This document shows positions 42,859 through 59,634 of a stretch of 64,000 nucleotides of DNA, one piece after another. The DNA is taken from assembly GCF_009914755.1 (NCBI RefSeq), contig NC_060927.1. One strand, written 5' to 3'. The position numbers were made by a program, and so were the translations under genes. A model generated the notes under the pieces. That model was given only the letters and a program-made list of their open reading frames with translations, ran no database searches and was not told the DNA's origin. Origin of the DNA: the human T2T-CHM13v2.0 reference genome, Homo sapiens. Each line of letters starts with the position of its first letter. Position 1 is the stretch's first letter.

Positions 42859-44759
42859 TAATTATGTGCATATATATATTCATATTATATGTACATATAT
42901 AACTTTATCCTCAGGCTAGGCTTTGTCCTTATCCTAGGCTATATACATATATATAATATATATACATAATCATAGAATATATATTGAATCATATATATGT
43001 ATATGATTATGTACGTATATTATACATAATATATATCCTAGGATATACACATATATAAATAGCTTAATTATGTACATAATTATATGTAATTATGTGTATA
43101 TATAAATATATAACATATATATTAGAACACTTGATATTAAACTAAGGTCACTAATATTTCTTTTTCAGTTTATCTCTCTGCTTCATTTGGATGTATGTTA
43201 TTAATATAACTTCAAATACTGTGTTTAATTTGCTCTTAAACTAATCCAGTGAAATTTTTGCTTTCATTTGATTTTTTTAAATGTCTAACATTTATCTAAT
43301 TTTATTCATATTTTTCTTTCTATATAGTTATGATAGCTATTATAATATATGCTTGTTCCATTATCTCTGGCATTTCTGTATCTGTTTCCATTAATTGAAT
43401 TTTCCCCTGGCTATGAGTTGCATTTTTTGCTTCTGGTATATCTAGTGATTATGACAGGATGCTGGACGTTATGATGATTACTTGGTTGAAGGTCTGGATT
43501 TTATTGTCTAATTTTAAAGAGTGCTGAGCTTTCTTTTATCAGGGAATCAAGCACTTATGGATGAGTTTGATCACTTTGAATCCTGCTTTAATTTTGTTCT
43601 AGTGGGCCTGGATAGTTCAGGCCTACTGCTGAGGCATGATGCCTCTGGGTTCCACTGAATGACGTGATGACCACTGGGGACATTCCACTGTGCCCGACTG
43701 GAGCTCAGTAACCCAGTACCCACGGTGAGCTCTGGAAATTGCTCTTTATACAATTCCTTGGTCATCCTTCATTCTGCTTTGTGGAGTTTTACTCTATGCA
43801 TGTGTGGCATAGTCCTTAGCAGACACTCAAGGAGAAGCGAATTCAGGTATCTGGGATATATTTTCTGCATATCTCTTTCCTTTTCTGGAACTCTGCCCAC
43901 AGATTTCACCTGCATTGGTCTCCTTTAGCACTGATTGCCAACTTAACTTCATAAGACTGCCACACTCTCTTTAGTTTTCACCTTGTTCGCCTATAGTCTG
44001 GAAACTGTTGCCTAATATCGGAACATGGTTATTTTTCAAACATTTTTCAATATTTTTCAAACATTTTTCAATATTTTTTCCACACTCAGGCCTAGTTTTC
44101 TGGTTATTTATATCAGGAGGCTAAGTCTTGCTTTTGTTGTCTTCATCACTGGAAGCAGAAGTCAAATCTTCAGACATTTTCTATCAATCTACTTATCTGT
44201 TTGCATGTGATTTTTTTGGTACATATTATTTCAACCCCTTTTTCATGTTTTTTTTTTGTGAATTTTACTATAATGTATCCAGATATGAGCTTACTTTTAT
44301 TTATCCTGATTTGGCATTTTCGTGCTTCTCAAATGTAGGATTTCACTTAGTTCACTATTTCTATCACATTCTCACACACTTAATGTTTTCAGCAGTGGCT
44401 TTCCACAAATCTCTCCATTTTCTCCATCTGGAATTCTTTTCAGCTTATGTTGGGCCTTTTAATTATGTCTTCCAGGTCTCTTATTCTATCAATTTTGTTG
44501 TATTCTGGTTACTTTCCTATAATCTGTCTTCCCATTATTAAATCTCTATTTCTAGATATTCTATTTATCTTTATTCAAATCTTTTTTATTGTTCCTTTTC
44601 TCATTGATAGAATTCATTTTTCTTTGCCTCAGTAATTATATATCCACATTTATTCTGTGTTATTTCCAGACTATATTCTATCAATTAAATTCTTGCTTAC
44701 ATAACCCTCATGGTTGCTGGGACTCTGACTCCTCTTCTTGGTGTTTTCTCATTGTGTGT

Positions 44760-47042
44760 TGTATTAGTCCATTTTCACACTGCTGATAAAGACATACCTG
44801 AGACTGGGCAATTTCGAAAAAAAGAGCTTTATTGGACTTACAATTCCACATGCCTGGGGAGGCATCACAATCATGGAGGAAGACAAGGAGGAGCAAGTCA
44901 CATCTTATGTAGATGGCAGCAGGCAAAGAGAGACAGAACTTGTGCAGGGGAACGCCTCTTTTTAAAACCATCAAATCTCATGAGATTTCTTCACTGTCAT
45001 GAGAACAGCATGGGAAAGACTTGCCCCGGTGATTCAGTTACCTCCCACCAGGTCCTTCCCACAACACGTGGGAATTCAAGATGAGATTTTGGTGGGGACA
45101 CAACCAAACCATATCATTCTGTCCCTAGCCACTCGCAAATCTCATGTCCTCACATTTCAAAACCAATCATGCCTTCCCAACAGTCCCCCAAAGTCTTAAC
45201 TCATTTTAGCATTAACTCAAATGTCCACAGTCCAAAGTCTCATCCTAGACAAGGCAAGTCCCTTCCAGCCTTGAGCCTGTAAAATCAAAAGCAAGTTAGC
45301 TACTTCCTAGACACAATGAGGGTACAGGCATTAGGTAAATGCAGCCATTCTAAATGGGAGAAATTCGTCAAAATGACGGGGCTACAGGCCCTGTGCAAGT
45401 CTAAAATCCAGCGGGCCAGTCAAATCTTAAAGCTCAAAAATTATCTCCTTTAACTCCATGTTTCACATCCAGGCCATGCTGATGCAAGAGATGGGTTCAC
45501 ATGGTTTTGGGTAGCTCTGCTCCTGTCGCTTTGCAGGATACAGCCTCCTTCCTGGCTGCTTTCATGGGCTGGTATTGAGTGTCTGCAGCTTTTCCAGGCA
45601 CACGGTGCAAGCTGTCAGTGGATCTACCATTCTGGGGTCTGGAGGACAGTGGCCCTCTTCTCACAGCTCCACTAGGCAGTGCCCCAGTAGGGACTCTACG
45701 TGGGGGCTCCAACCCCACATTTCCTTTCTGCAATGCCCTAGCAGAGGTTCTCCGTGAGAGCCCCACTCATGCAGCAAACATCTACCTGGACAACCAGGTG
45801 TTCCTATACATCCTCTGAAATCTAGGTTGAGGTTCCCAAACCCCAATTCTTGACTTCCGTGCACTCGCAGACTCAACACCATATGGAAGCTGCTGAGGCT
45901 TGGGGGCTTGCACCCTGTACAGCCACAGTCGGAGCTGTACCTTGACTCCTTTTAGCCATGGCTGGAGTGGCTGGGATGCAGGGCACCAAGTCCTTAGGCT
46001 GCACACAGCAGGGAGGCCCTGGGCCCAGCCTATGAAATCATCTTTTCTTCCTAGGCCTCTGGCCTGTGATGGGAGGGGCTGCTGTGAAGACCTCTGGCAT
46101 GCCTGGAGACATTTTCCCCATTGTCTTGGGGATTAACATTCTGCTTCTCATTACTTAGGCAAAATTCTGCAGCCAGCTTGAATTTCTCCTCAGAAAATGG
46201 AATTTTCTGGAATTGTCAGGCTTCAAATTTTCCAAACTTGTATGCTCTGCTTCCCTTATACAACTGAATTCCTTTAGCAGCACCCAAGTCACCTCTCAAA
46301 TGCTTTGCTGCTTACCAATTTCTTCCACCAGATACCCTATATCGTCTCTCTCAAGTTCAAAGTTCCACAAATCTCTAGGGCAGGGGCAAAATGCCACCAG
46401 TCTCTTTGCTAAAACATAATGAGAGTCACCTTTGCTCCAGTTCCCAACAAGTTTCTTATCTCCATCTCAAGCCACTTCAGCCTGGATTTCATTGTTCATG
46501 TCATTATCAGCATTTTTGTCCAAGCCATTCAACAAGCCTCTAGGGAGTTCCAAACTTTCTCACCTTTTCTTGTCTTCTTCTGAGCCCTCCAAACTGTTCC
46601 AGCCTCTGCCTGTTTCCCTGTTCCAAAGTTGCTTCCACATGTTTGGGTATCTTTTCAGCAGCACCCCACTACTAGTACCCATTTACTGTATTAGTCCATT
46701 TATATGCTGTTGATAAAGACACACCTGAGACTGGGAAATTTTCAAAAAAAGAGGTTTATTGGACTTACAGGTCCACATGGCTAGGGAGGCTTCACAATCA
46801 TAGTGCAAGGCAAGGAGGAGCAAGTTACATCTTACATAGATGGCAGCAGGCAAAGAGAGGGAGAACTTGTGCAGGGGAATCCCTTTTTAAAACCATCAGA
46901 TCTCATGAGAATTATTCACTATCATGAGAACAGCATGGGGAAATACTTGACCACATGATTCAATAATCTCCCACCAGGACCCTCCCATAATACATGAGAA
47001 TTCAAGATGAGATTCGGGTGGGGACACAGGCAAACTACATCA
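44760..47042 (-). mobile_element. Full-length THE1 (THE1A/B) MaLR: LTR 44760-45116, internal 45117-46686, LTR 46687-47042
   Basis: Two ~356-bp LTRs (tgtattagtccattt...ggggacaca...atca), a ~1.57-kb THE1 internal region, and a perfect 5-bp TSD tgtgt (44755-44759 and 47043-47047). Confidence 0.96.
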
Positions 47043-49283
47043 TGTGTTTTGTAGCATTTTTACACAAAGTGGGGCTTTGTTTTCTGTACAAAGAGTGGAT
47101 GATCTGGATTGTGGAATTCAATGTTTCTTTCAGGAATTTTAGGGGTATTACTCATCATGAACTATTTTTGAATAATTGATTGACTTACAGGTCCTGGAAA
47201 TCTAGGGTGCTATAATTTCAATATCTAAATAGGCAAAATTTTCATAACTTGGCTTTTCAAGGGATACTTATTGTCTCTCTAGAGTCTAGGTAGAGACAGG
47301 TATGCTCCCCTTCAACTCCCTATGTTTACGCACAGGCTTTTCCCTAATTTGCCTTTTGCTGAAATTTTAGCGCTTTGAGATTCTAGTTTTATGTAGGAAT
47401 CTCTATTTTAACTTTTACTTGGCATGGTCCCATGGCCTACCTACTGTCCATGTAGGGCATGAGCTTTATGAAACAAGCTCTTCCATGATTCAGAACAATA
47501 ATGGACCCTTGGGCAGCCACAACATATATTCTCATGTTTTTTTATTCTAGTTTTTAGTTCACTATTTGTTTCCTGCATCTTGAGATTTCCTCTTCTTTCT
47601 TGAAAAGTTCCATTATAAACTCAAAATTACTTTTGTTTTATTGTATTCAGCATCTCTACTTACTTTTAAGAGGAAATGTTTCAGTTTCATAGACAATAAT
47701 CTGACCAGAAATTGTATATTTTTAAAAGAACCAAAAATGAAAATTGCTTCTCATATGAACATAATATAGACACGAAATTCAAAATGGTCACAGTTTCCTA
47801 ACCCTTTCCTATCTTTAGAGTTATCTATTTAATTTAATTTTTGGCAGAATATATTTACTACATATTTTGATGAATAAAATATCTTACTGATGATGTCAAT
47901 CAGGCAGAGGTGTTTTGTATTCAGTCCTTGAATGTCACTGTGTAAATTAAGGAGTTATAATTTAATTCTTGTATAAAACGGTGGATTGTAAACCTGGCTC
48001 TATATCAGAAACATTTTTAGAGCTTGGTGAACATGATTTGAGGTTGTGATTGAGTAAATCTTGGGTGCAGCCATGTATAAATGGAATTAAACCTTAATCC
48101 TACTTCAAATAACATGTCCTGAAGCCTTCAAGCCCTAAAAATCTTGTGCTCCACCAAGTCTAAAACACTGCTAACCAATATCCTGTTAGCCATAGAATTT
48201 GAAATTGACAAAAAGAGAAAAACAAAAAACTCTCATTTGAACAATACACCTTTATGTAGGGTGTGCAAACTAGTGTTTTCTTTCCTAGTACCCTATGTGG
48301 GAAAGTGCCAGTTGACCCCATTTCGTTTTTGGAATGTGCAGAAATTTAAAATTTTTATCCTTCTGATAATTAGAATTAAACATCCTGCTTATTTGTTTTA
48401 TTAACTTCGCTTTGTTTTAAATGTAGATAGGATTAAGCTCAATACATACTTGCTGAGCTCTACTTTGTATCTCTTTCAGAAATCTTTTTATTGCCACTCT
48501 AAACTGCTATATAGCACCTGAAATTTTATTCTCAATTTTCCATTTAATCTTTTTTCTGAATAGTATTATAAATTTCTTGGGGTCAACCATCCCCAAATAA
48601 GTACGCTTATCATTTTATACCACTGTGCCTAGTATAGGCATTTAATATAGGGGTACTCCATAAATGTCTAATTGATCTCATGGCCTTTATTTGACATGCG
48701 TTTTCCACATAATTACCCACTCTCTACTCTTTTCCCAGTTTATTTATTCATCCTTTCTCTCACTGTACACGCTCTTGAAACCATAGATATATGATCGTCA
48801 AGAGGCTATTTCATGAATGTATCACCTGAATACTATAATTATGGTCATGTCTATCTATAATATTCCTAGAAGCACTACAAATTTCCCTGAGGACTGCCTT
48901 AATACCAGAAATCTACACTCATGAACACTATTGCACCTGTGCAGTAAAGCCTAGTATTTTACTACCTACTATTATACTTCAAATTTATTCTTGGGGGAAA
49001 CACATTAATATATTAAAAACCTTAACCCAGAGTACTTGCTCTGTTCATGATAGAGTAGCTGGTATTTGATCAACCCACTGGCCAATAGAAAACAACTAAG
49101 AGAAGGGGTGGGGGTGGGAGAGAGAGACAGTGTGTGTGTGTAATGATACTGCAGAGCAACTACGCAGGGGACTAGAGCTCAAACAAAACAAAACACATCA
49201 ATTTAACTGGACTGAGTATGTAGACATCATGGCAACCAGAAGTGTAAAATCCCAGACAGAAAGCAGCCATAAAGAAGGGAGGA

Positions 49284-52110
<2,827 letters not shown>

Positions 52111-52194
52111 TCTTACAGGACACAGTCATGCAAGTATGAGTGTGTGTTTCTGTGGGTGTATGCATACAATTTACTGTAAGCATGTTATACTCTC

Positions 52195-52735
52195 TGTTAT
52201 GAGCTGAACTGTGTCCCTTCAAAATTCATCTGCTGAAGACCTAACCCCTAGTACCCCAGAATGTGAAGGCATTTGGAAATAGGGCCTTCAAAGAGAAATT
52301 AAGGTTAAATGAGGACATATGGGTAGGTCCTAATCCAATCTGAAAAACTAGGTGGGCATAGTGGCACACTCCTGGAGTCTCAGCTACTTGGGAGGCTGAG
52401 GCTGGAGGAACACTTGAGCCCAGGAGGTCGAGACTGCAGTGAGCTATGATTGTGACACTGCATTCCAGCCCAGGAAACAGAGCAAGACCTCATAACAAGG
52501 GGAGTCTGGACACACAGAGAAACACAGGCGCCTGCTTTAACAGGAAGAGGACCTTCTGATGAGGCAGCAAGAAAGCGGCCATTAGCAAGCCAAGGAGAGG
52601 GGTTTCAGGAGAAACGAAGGCTGCCAGTGCCTTGACCTTGGACTTCCGTGCTCCAGAAATGGGAGAAAATAAATTTCTGATGTTTAAGCCTCCCAGTCTG
52701 TGATATTTTCTTATGGCAGCCCTGGTAAACCAACA
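52195..52735 (+). mobile_element. MLT1A/B LTR with an internal Alu arm (about 52345-52490)
   Basis: tgttatgagctgaactgtgtccc...aaataaatttctgatgtttaagcctcccagtctgtg. Confidence 0.8.
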
Positions 52736-54605
52736 GAACTCCCAAAATAGAAAACAGTAACTAATGTAAGTGCTTAATATACTCATTTAATCCTTTCTAC
52801 TACCTTATGTAGTAAATACAATAATTATGCGTTTTACAGAGAAGAAACTTAAACTTGTCAAAGATCATAAAGGTATTCAGATGCAGTCCAGTAATATAAC
52901 TGTATTGTTTGACTCTAAAGTCCCTATGTTAATTCCTAGGTTACATTCTTTACACAGTTTCTTTTAGCTAGTAGTTAGCTAGCAGAGGGCAATGGTTCTG
53001 CAGACATGGCCAGGAAAGTTTTTGGATATGAACACTGAGAAAAAGAAAACTCCAGAGCATGGGGCATTGTCAAAAGAGTAAGACTAAAAGGACCTCTAGC
53101 ATAAAGGGTGTGGGTGAGGGTGAGGGTAGGTACCCGTAGAGCACTTATCCTCTGGATAAAGTGTCAGCAATAGGGAAGATGTTGTTCGCGCTTCACGCTT
53201 GACTCCTAACACTCTTAACTAGTTATGAATGTTTCCCACTATACCCCCAGATCCTAAACTCCTGCAGCAAGGACTACGTCTCATTTTCATTATCCTGTAT
53301 GGTATGGGACACTGAAGGACCATGAATGTGTATTGAGTTAAATGGAAAGGACTGACAGATCTTTCAAAATGAACTTGTCCTACTTTACACTGTTTTCCTT
53401 AAAACTAGTCCCGCTCTCATTTTGAATCTCTAATGGTGGAAAATAAATTGCAGTCTCACATACTAATTCCGAAGTTCCCTGTAAGTTTTAATGATTAATG
53501 CTAATCAAATATGCTAAATATGCCAAATGTGCCTGTTGCACATAAAATGTGATCCAGCAGTGCATTTTTGGTACCATATTTTCTGTCCCTTTAATATCTT
53601 TATACTCCTCCAGAGCGTTGTTTTATCTCCTGTGTCTTGCATTTTCCTGCTCCCTTTTGCTCTGTGCAGTTGTCTCCCTGTCTTTTTCTTCCATTTTCTC
53701 TGATTTACTCCCTTTTGAGGGGGTTGTCACTGGTTCAGCATCTAGTGATTGATAATAATGTCCTGTTCTCACACTATAATTGCTGTGACGAGACGGCAGG
53801 CGCAGCAGGCTGCCACAATTTTACCACTGACTAAAGAGCAGATTTGCTGCATGCTGATTAATTGAAGGGGTGCCTCAAATGAGGAAGTAACTATCTCTTC
53901 TCAAATGCCTTCTTTCTTCAAGTAAAGATGGAATCACCAACCATACACTAGAGCACTCATCCACAGTGGTCAAAGCAATATATCTTTCAATATATTATTA
54001 ATTGGTTTTCAGGACTTTTCAAGATAATGCTCATTTAGCTTTTCCCAAGTTCTTTTAAATAATTGCAAGGCAGTCCTTCTATTTTTCCTTATAGATAAGG
54101 AAACTAGGTCACAAAGACTTCAATTATCTTTCCTGTCCTCACTGTGAGGAGTCATCAGTGATGACAGAACTAGAATTGCAGGGTATTTTTCCTTTAAACG
54201 AATTTCAGATTATGCAGCCCAACCCCAAACACACACACACACACACACAGTTAATCTAAAAACAAAGAGATAGCAATAATGTAAAATGATGTGTCTCTAA
54301 TAACATTAAAGTTTGTCAATACAGATTCTTAGTGTGAAGTTTTGTTGGGCTAATGCATACATTCCATTCCATTAGACAGTAAGTCCCTCAGAGAGATATT
54401 TTTGAGTGAAGCAATTGCCTTTGCGGCACTCAACAGTGGATGCTGCACTTGTAAAAATGAAACATGGGATTGTAACTGGCATCATGTTTTACTTATAGTT
54501 TGAGCTAAAGTTTGAACATTCTTTGATGTAATTTGAATTATTGGTAGGCAAACTATATATATATGTGTGTGTTTCTCACGTGTGTGTGTGTGTGTCTAAA
54601 GATAG

Positions 54606-54606
<1 letters not shown>

Positions 54607-54650
<44 letters not shown>
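54607..54650. repeat. Perfect (GATA)11 tetranucleotide STR
   Basis: Directly visible, at the tail of an antisense AluJ. Confidence 0.95.
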
Positions 54651-54652
<2 letters not shown>

Positions 54653-54933
54653 GAGTCTTGCTCTATTGCTAGGCTGGACTGCAGAGACGTGATCATAGCT
54701 CACTGCAGCCTCAAACTCCTTGGCTCAAGCCACTCTTCCACCTCAGGCTACCAAGTATCTGAGATTACAGGCAGGCACCTCCATGCCAGGCTAATTTAAA
54801 ATAAAAATTTTGTTTCTGAGACAGTGTCTTGTTATGTTGCCCAGGATGGTCTCAAACTCCTGGCCTTCTGTGATCCTCCTGCTTCAGCCTCCCAAGTAGC
54901 TAGGATTACAGATGCAACCACTGCACCCAGCCA
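54651..54933 (-). mobile_element. AluJ
   Basis: Diverged antisense dimer. Confidence 0.9.
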
Positions 54934-56299
54934 GATTATATATTTTAAAATAAACTTAATTGTTTCTAACTATACATAAAAATATGAAGAGGACCAGAAT
55001 GTCGGATAGTCTTGCCATTGACAAGGAAGATAACAGTAGAATGAAATCATGGACTAATGACCTCTGAAGTTATGGGTAAACAATGTTGAGGCCAGAAACT
55101 CATTCTGAAGGCTTTTCCCATAGAGACAACCAAGTTTCTAGAATTTCCCTCTAAGAACCTGGATGAGTTGGAATTATATGTAGAAGCAGTATATTAAATG
55201 ATGCTGGGAAACAACCATTGAAAGGAAGTTCTGGTTCCTAATCTTTGTGAAAAGTGCAATGGATTTAAGAATGCATACTTTAAAATGTGGAGAGCATTGT
55301 TGAAGCCATTTAAGGTCTTTTAAACTCACCTGTGGATTTTCACAACATGCTGAGGCATATATTAACTTTCTAGGTTAAGAGATTTGAGCATAAAGTAAAA
55401 TCAGAGGACACTAGAGTTTAACTTAGCTAACAAACACACAACCACAACACTGCTAGATCTAGTCTGTGAGTTAGCATTCTCTCTTTAATGTTTTATCAAA
55501 TAGCCTGGCCATTTTCCTGAGGAAAATGGAGCTTGAATCTGATTTTAATCAACAGTGAAGGGTTTGAATACTTCTAAATTTTCCAGGTGGAATGAAATTG
55601 TTGTCATCTTCAACTTCAAGAGAGTTTAATTTTAGGGGTTAGTATCACAAAGGATTGACAAGTCACACATTGAAGCGGTAATGGTCCTTTGAGAGGAGAA
55701 CAAGAACATTGGTCTTCTCAAGGTGCTAAAGTGATGATGAGAGGCTTAAGTGTCCTTATATGTCATTAATGTGAAAAGCAAAGTATATTCAAGTTGAATT
55801 TGCAGTGTCCTCACCATGACAAGTTTATGGCCTCTTACAGATTAATAGCATGGCTGCCAAAATTGCTTCTGTGCCTACACATTAAAGGTTCACAAATGAA
55901 ACAGGTGTTTTTTTGATTTAACCTCTGAGGATATTTATTTGTTCTCCTTCCCTATTAGCCTTTTTACTGAATTGAGCAATTAGAACACTTCCTTTGCTGA
56001 AAAATGGCAAGCAGTAAGGTGATTTTTCCTTTCCTCTTCGTAGTAAACAGTAAATTAATTTTAAAAATAGGTACTTACACACATTAAAAATGGCACTAGA
56101 AAGACCCATAGTGCTAAGCCACTTTAGAATGCAGGTTGCTTAACTCATCCACACTTTCAAGTTGCTGATCTCTTTGCAAAATTTGCTGTGCATATGTAGT
56201 TCAGCTTCAACTACATGATTTTGTTTACATGATTAGTGCTGACCAATTAGCAAATCATTTTTTAAACACCCCAACTAGTCAATAAGTAACATGTTTACA

Positions 56300-56687
56300 T
56301 GTATTAGTCATGTTTAACATGTAGGAGTCAGTTCTCACACTAATAAAGACATACCTGAGACTGGGTATTCATAAAGGAAAGAGTTTTAATTGACACACAG
56401 TCCAGCATGGCTGGAGATGCCTCAGGAAACTTACAATCATGGCATAAGGGGAAGCAAACACGTCCTCTTATACATGGCGGCAACAAAGAGAAGTGCCCAG
56501 CCACGGGGGGAAGAGCCCCTTATAAAACCATCAGATCTCGTGAGACTTACTCACTATCACGAGAACATGAGGGTTAACTGCCCCTGTGATTCAATTACCT
56601 CCCACTGGGTCCCTCTCACAACATGTGGGGATTACATGAACTATATTTCAAGATGAGATTTGGGTGGAGAACAGCCAAATCATGTCA
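56300..56687 (-). mobile_element. Solo THE1 (C/D-like) LTR
   Basis: taataaagacatacctgagactggg...ataaaaccatcagatctcgtgagact...gatgagatttgggtgg. Confidence 0.88.
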
Positions 56688-59634
56688 ACATGTACTTATC
56701 TTTCTGGGTGATACCTCCTGCAATATGTGATAATAGCAGGAGGTGAAAGTCACATACTTATTTTAAATTCTCTTTCTTGCCCACAGAAGGATTGCTTAGA
56801 TCTTGCCTAACTGTTTTTAGGTCTATTTTTAATATCTAATGCATGAGGTGGGACTAATTGATACGATCATAATTCTAGTGCTTGTCAATTGTTGAGTGAC
56901 TCAGGGAAAGTTATGTTCTCTGATTTATAAATTCTATGTGCAAAGAGAAGGTATCAAGTGTAATGGACCTACTTTACAAGAATTTTGAGAAATGCAACTT
57001 TGAAAATCAAACAGAAAATGTTCCCAAACCCAAAGTGCTGTATAAATATTTAATTATGTTAGCACTGATTAAAATGCCCAGTAGAGATATATTAGTCTTG
57101 TTTTAGACCATCTATCCTCTCTTTTTTTGCAAGAAATTCCAGATAGACATTAAGCATCACTCTTGATTAAACATCTATACAAATAAGTGCCTTGGTACTG
57201 CTGTTTTTGATTCATGTCTAAATAGCCTAGGGCCTAGGCACTTGTGGTTAGGTTTAATTTTCTGCAAGGATACTTTGCATCTTACATTGGAATGGTTCTT
57301 TAGGGAAATGTACAGCTCCTTTTGAGAGTAGTTTGAGGACAGTCACTGATGTCCTAGGGAAGTTGCTGCCAGACGTTTTATTTCATGTCCCTGATATTTA
57401 CTTCATAAACAAGCTAACAAATGAGGTTTGGGTAGTTTACTGAGGGGGAAGCAATGCTTGCAGTGAAGGGAGAACTGGGTGAGATTGGGCCCTGCACTGC
57501 TAAGGGACAGAGGAGAGGATCTCTGCTCAAAAGACTGTGGGAGGGGTTAGGCAGAATTTGCATCTCCAGGGGTGAGCCCTCTGAGCTTGCCAGGCAGGGA
57601 GTATTTCCAGAGAAATAAAATGCATCTATCCATCCCACACCATCTCCCCATAGAAGGACCCTCTAATGATGGCTATCTGACTATAAATACTTTTTGTTAA
57701 ACTAAGGAAACCACTAAAGTTCATTTGAAATGAAATGTCTGGCTTTTTTTTTTTTTTTAGTAATTTACTAAACACCTTGAACCTGATAGGCTGCCAACAT
57801 GGTATGTTGAGATTTTTTCTTTAATCACTTCTTTTAACTATTAATTATCTTTCCTTGTTTAATCACCTGCATTCTAATTCAGTCTAGCCTGTCCACTGTC
57901 TCCCAGTGTTGGGCAGCCCTTAACCTCAGGGACTAGGAGCAGAGAAGGGGCAAGATGTACCCTTTTTAATCACTCCTCTTCATTCTTACATTTCTGCTTC
58001 TTTGGGATTGGGATAGGGGAAGAAGAGTTAAGGAAAGGAGTAAAATTCTTTTTACAAGTGCTATTGTAGGGCATGTTTGATTTTGTATTTTGCCCATACA
58101 GTAAGTTCTCAAAGGTGGACTTTGTTGTCAAGCTCAAGTGGGAGGACACTCGGTTAGTGTCTGACACATCAGATACATCAGATATCCACTGGCTTGACTT
58201 CCTTGTGCCTAGTCCAGCAGTGTATACCCCAAAGTCTCTTGCTGCTTGGGTTACTGTGGCTGACAGGTGGCCTTCTTGGGTCCTGCCAAGACAACTCCAG
58301 CTCAGCTGCCTTGACAGGGCTCTGCCTATCCCAGGGGCGTATGATGTATCCTTGTTCTCCCAATGGTGGAGATGCTTATTACCTGATTCACTGTTGACTC
58401 CTCTCTAGTTATGTTCTGCTCTGCTCTAGTAACCGCAGATGGCAGATCAGTAAGTCCACTGTGTGGACTCTAACAGAATAAAATGCCAGTTCCCTAATAT
58501 CTATAATTGGTGTTCTCTGGGAGCTATCATTAGTTGAATTGGGAGAGGTGGACCAAACCCAGAACATTCTCACTCATCACTCACTTTTCCCAGGTAACCC
58601 TCCAGCCCATCCTCTTCTGCTCATGATGACTCTTAGGACACAGGAATGGAAGTTCTGCCACCAGCCTCTTAATGAGTCCCACAGAGGTTTCCCGGGGGGA
58701 GGGGGGGCTTTTAGGAGAGAAGAACAAGTCTTCTCAAAGCACTGAAGTGATGATGAGCGGCATCTCACCTTTGCTTAAATAACAATATTTTATCATGTGT
58801 GCTCTTCCTATTTGAAAAGCTTTAACTCTGAATTTCTTTCTTAATACCAACAACAAATCCTTGCTCCTTTTAGGCTTACAAAAGACTACTTAGTCTTATG
58901 GGTTGTCAAACTTTCTATTAGAAATATAATTCCCAACTTCCCTTCCACAGTCCTAAAAGAGGCAGGGTTGTCGAAAGCATTAAATGCTTTGACACTAAGC
59001 TCCTTACACATAATAAAGGCTCAATAATTAGTTCTTAAGCACTTATCATACAGACGTAATTCTAGTACAATGTGGTATGTTGTACACACATTTTTGTACT
59101 GGAATTACTTGCTTATGTGTATCTTCCATTTCATGGTATATGCTTCCAGGAAGTAATTGTTATTACTATGCACGGAACTTTGCATGTAACAATTAGTTTC
59201 ACAATATTCTGCCATGATTCTTGATATAAAAGCAATTATTAACATTGTTATCTCTGTTGCTCTCTCCCCACTATATACTGATCAGTGAAAAAATGATTTA
59301 AGAAATGAGGAATTTAAAGACCAGATGGTACTGTTGATCAGGAATTATCAATTATATATTATAGTACATCATCCTGAAGGCTTTCAGCATTTCCCAGATA
59401 TGATATTTCTTACTTGGAACCTTGATACACCTTTGACATTCAGATCTATGACATAGGGGCAATTTTATCTATTAGGCTACCTTAAAATTGTGATTTTGGT
59501 ACTTAATAACTAAATTACCTAGGATGGGTACACCTTGCACCACTTTGTTCAATTAGACATGAAAAAGAAAAATTACATCATAGAAATGCTCTAAAATTTT
59601 TGTGTTCATTTGAAAAATAAAGTACCAACTCTGC

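Noticed and set aside
44710-46713. ORF cluster in THE1
   Set aside because: Fragments of the degenerate MaLR internal and LTR sequence.
58431-58446. CTCF-like motif accgcagatggcag
   Set aside because: It mismatches the 5' core of the consensus and cannot be supported without ChIP data.
58692-58708. G-quadruplex candidate ggggggagggggg
   Set aside because: Only two long G-runs, so there is no canonical four-tract motif.
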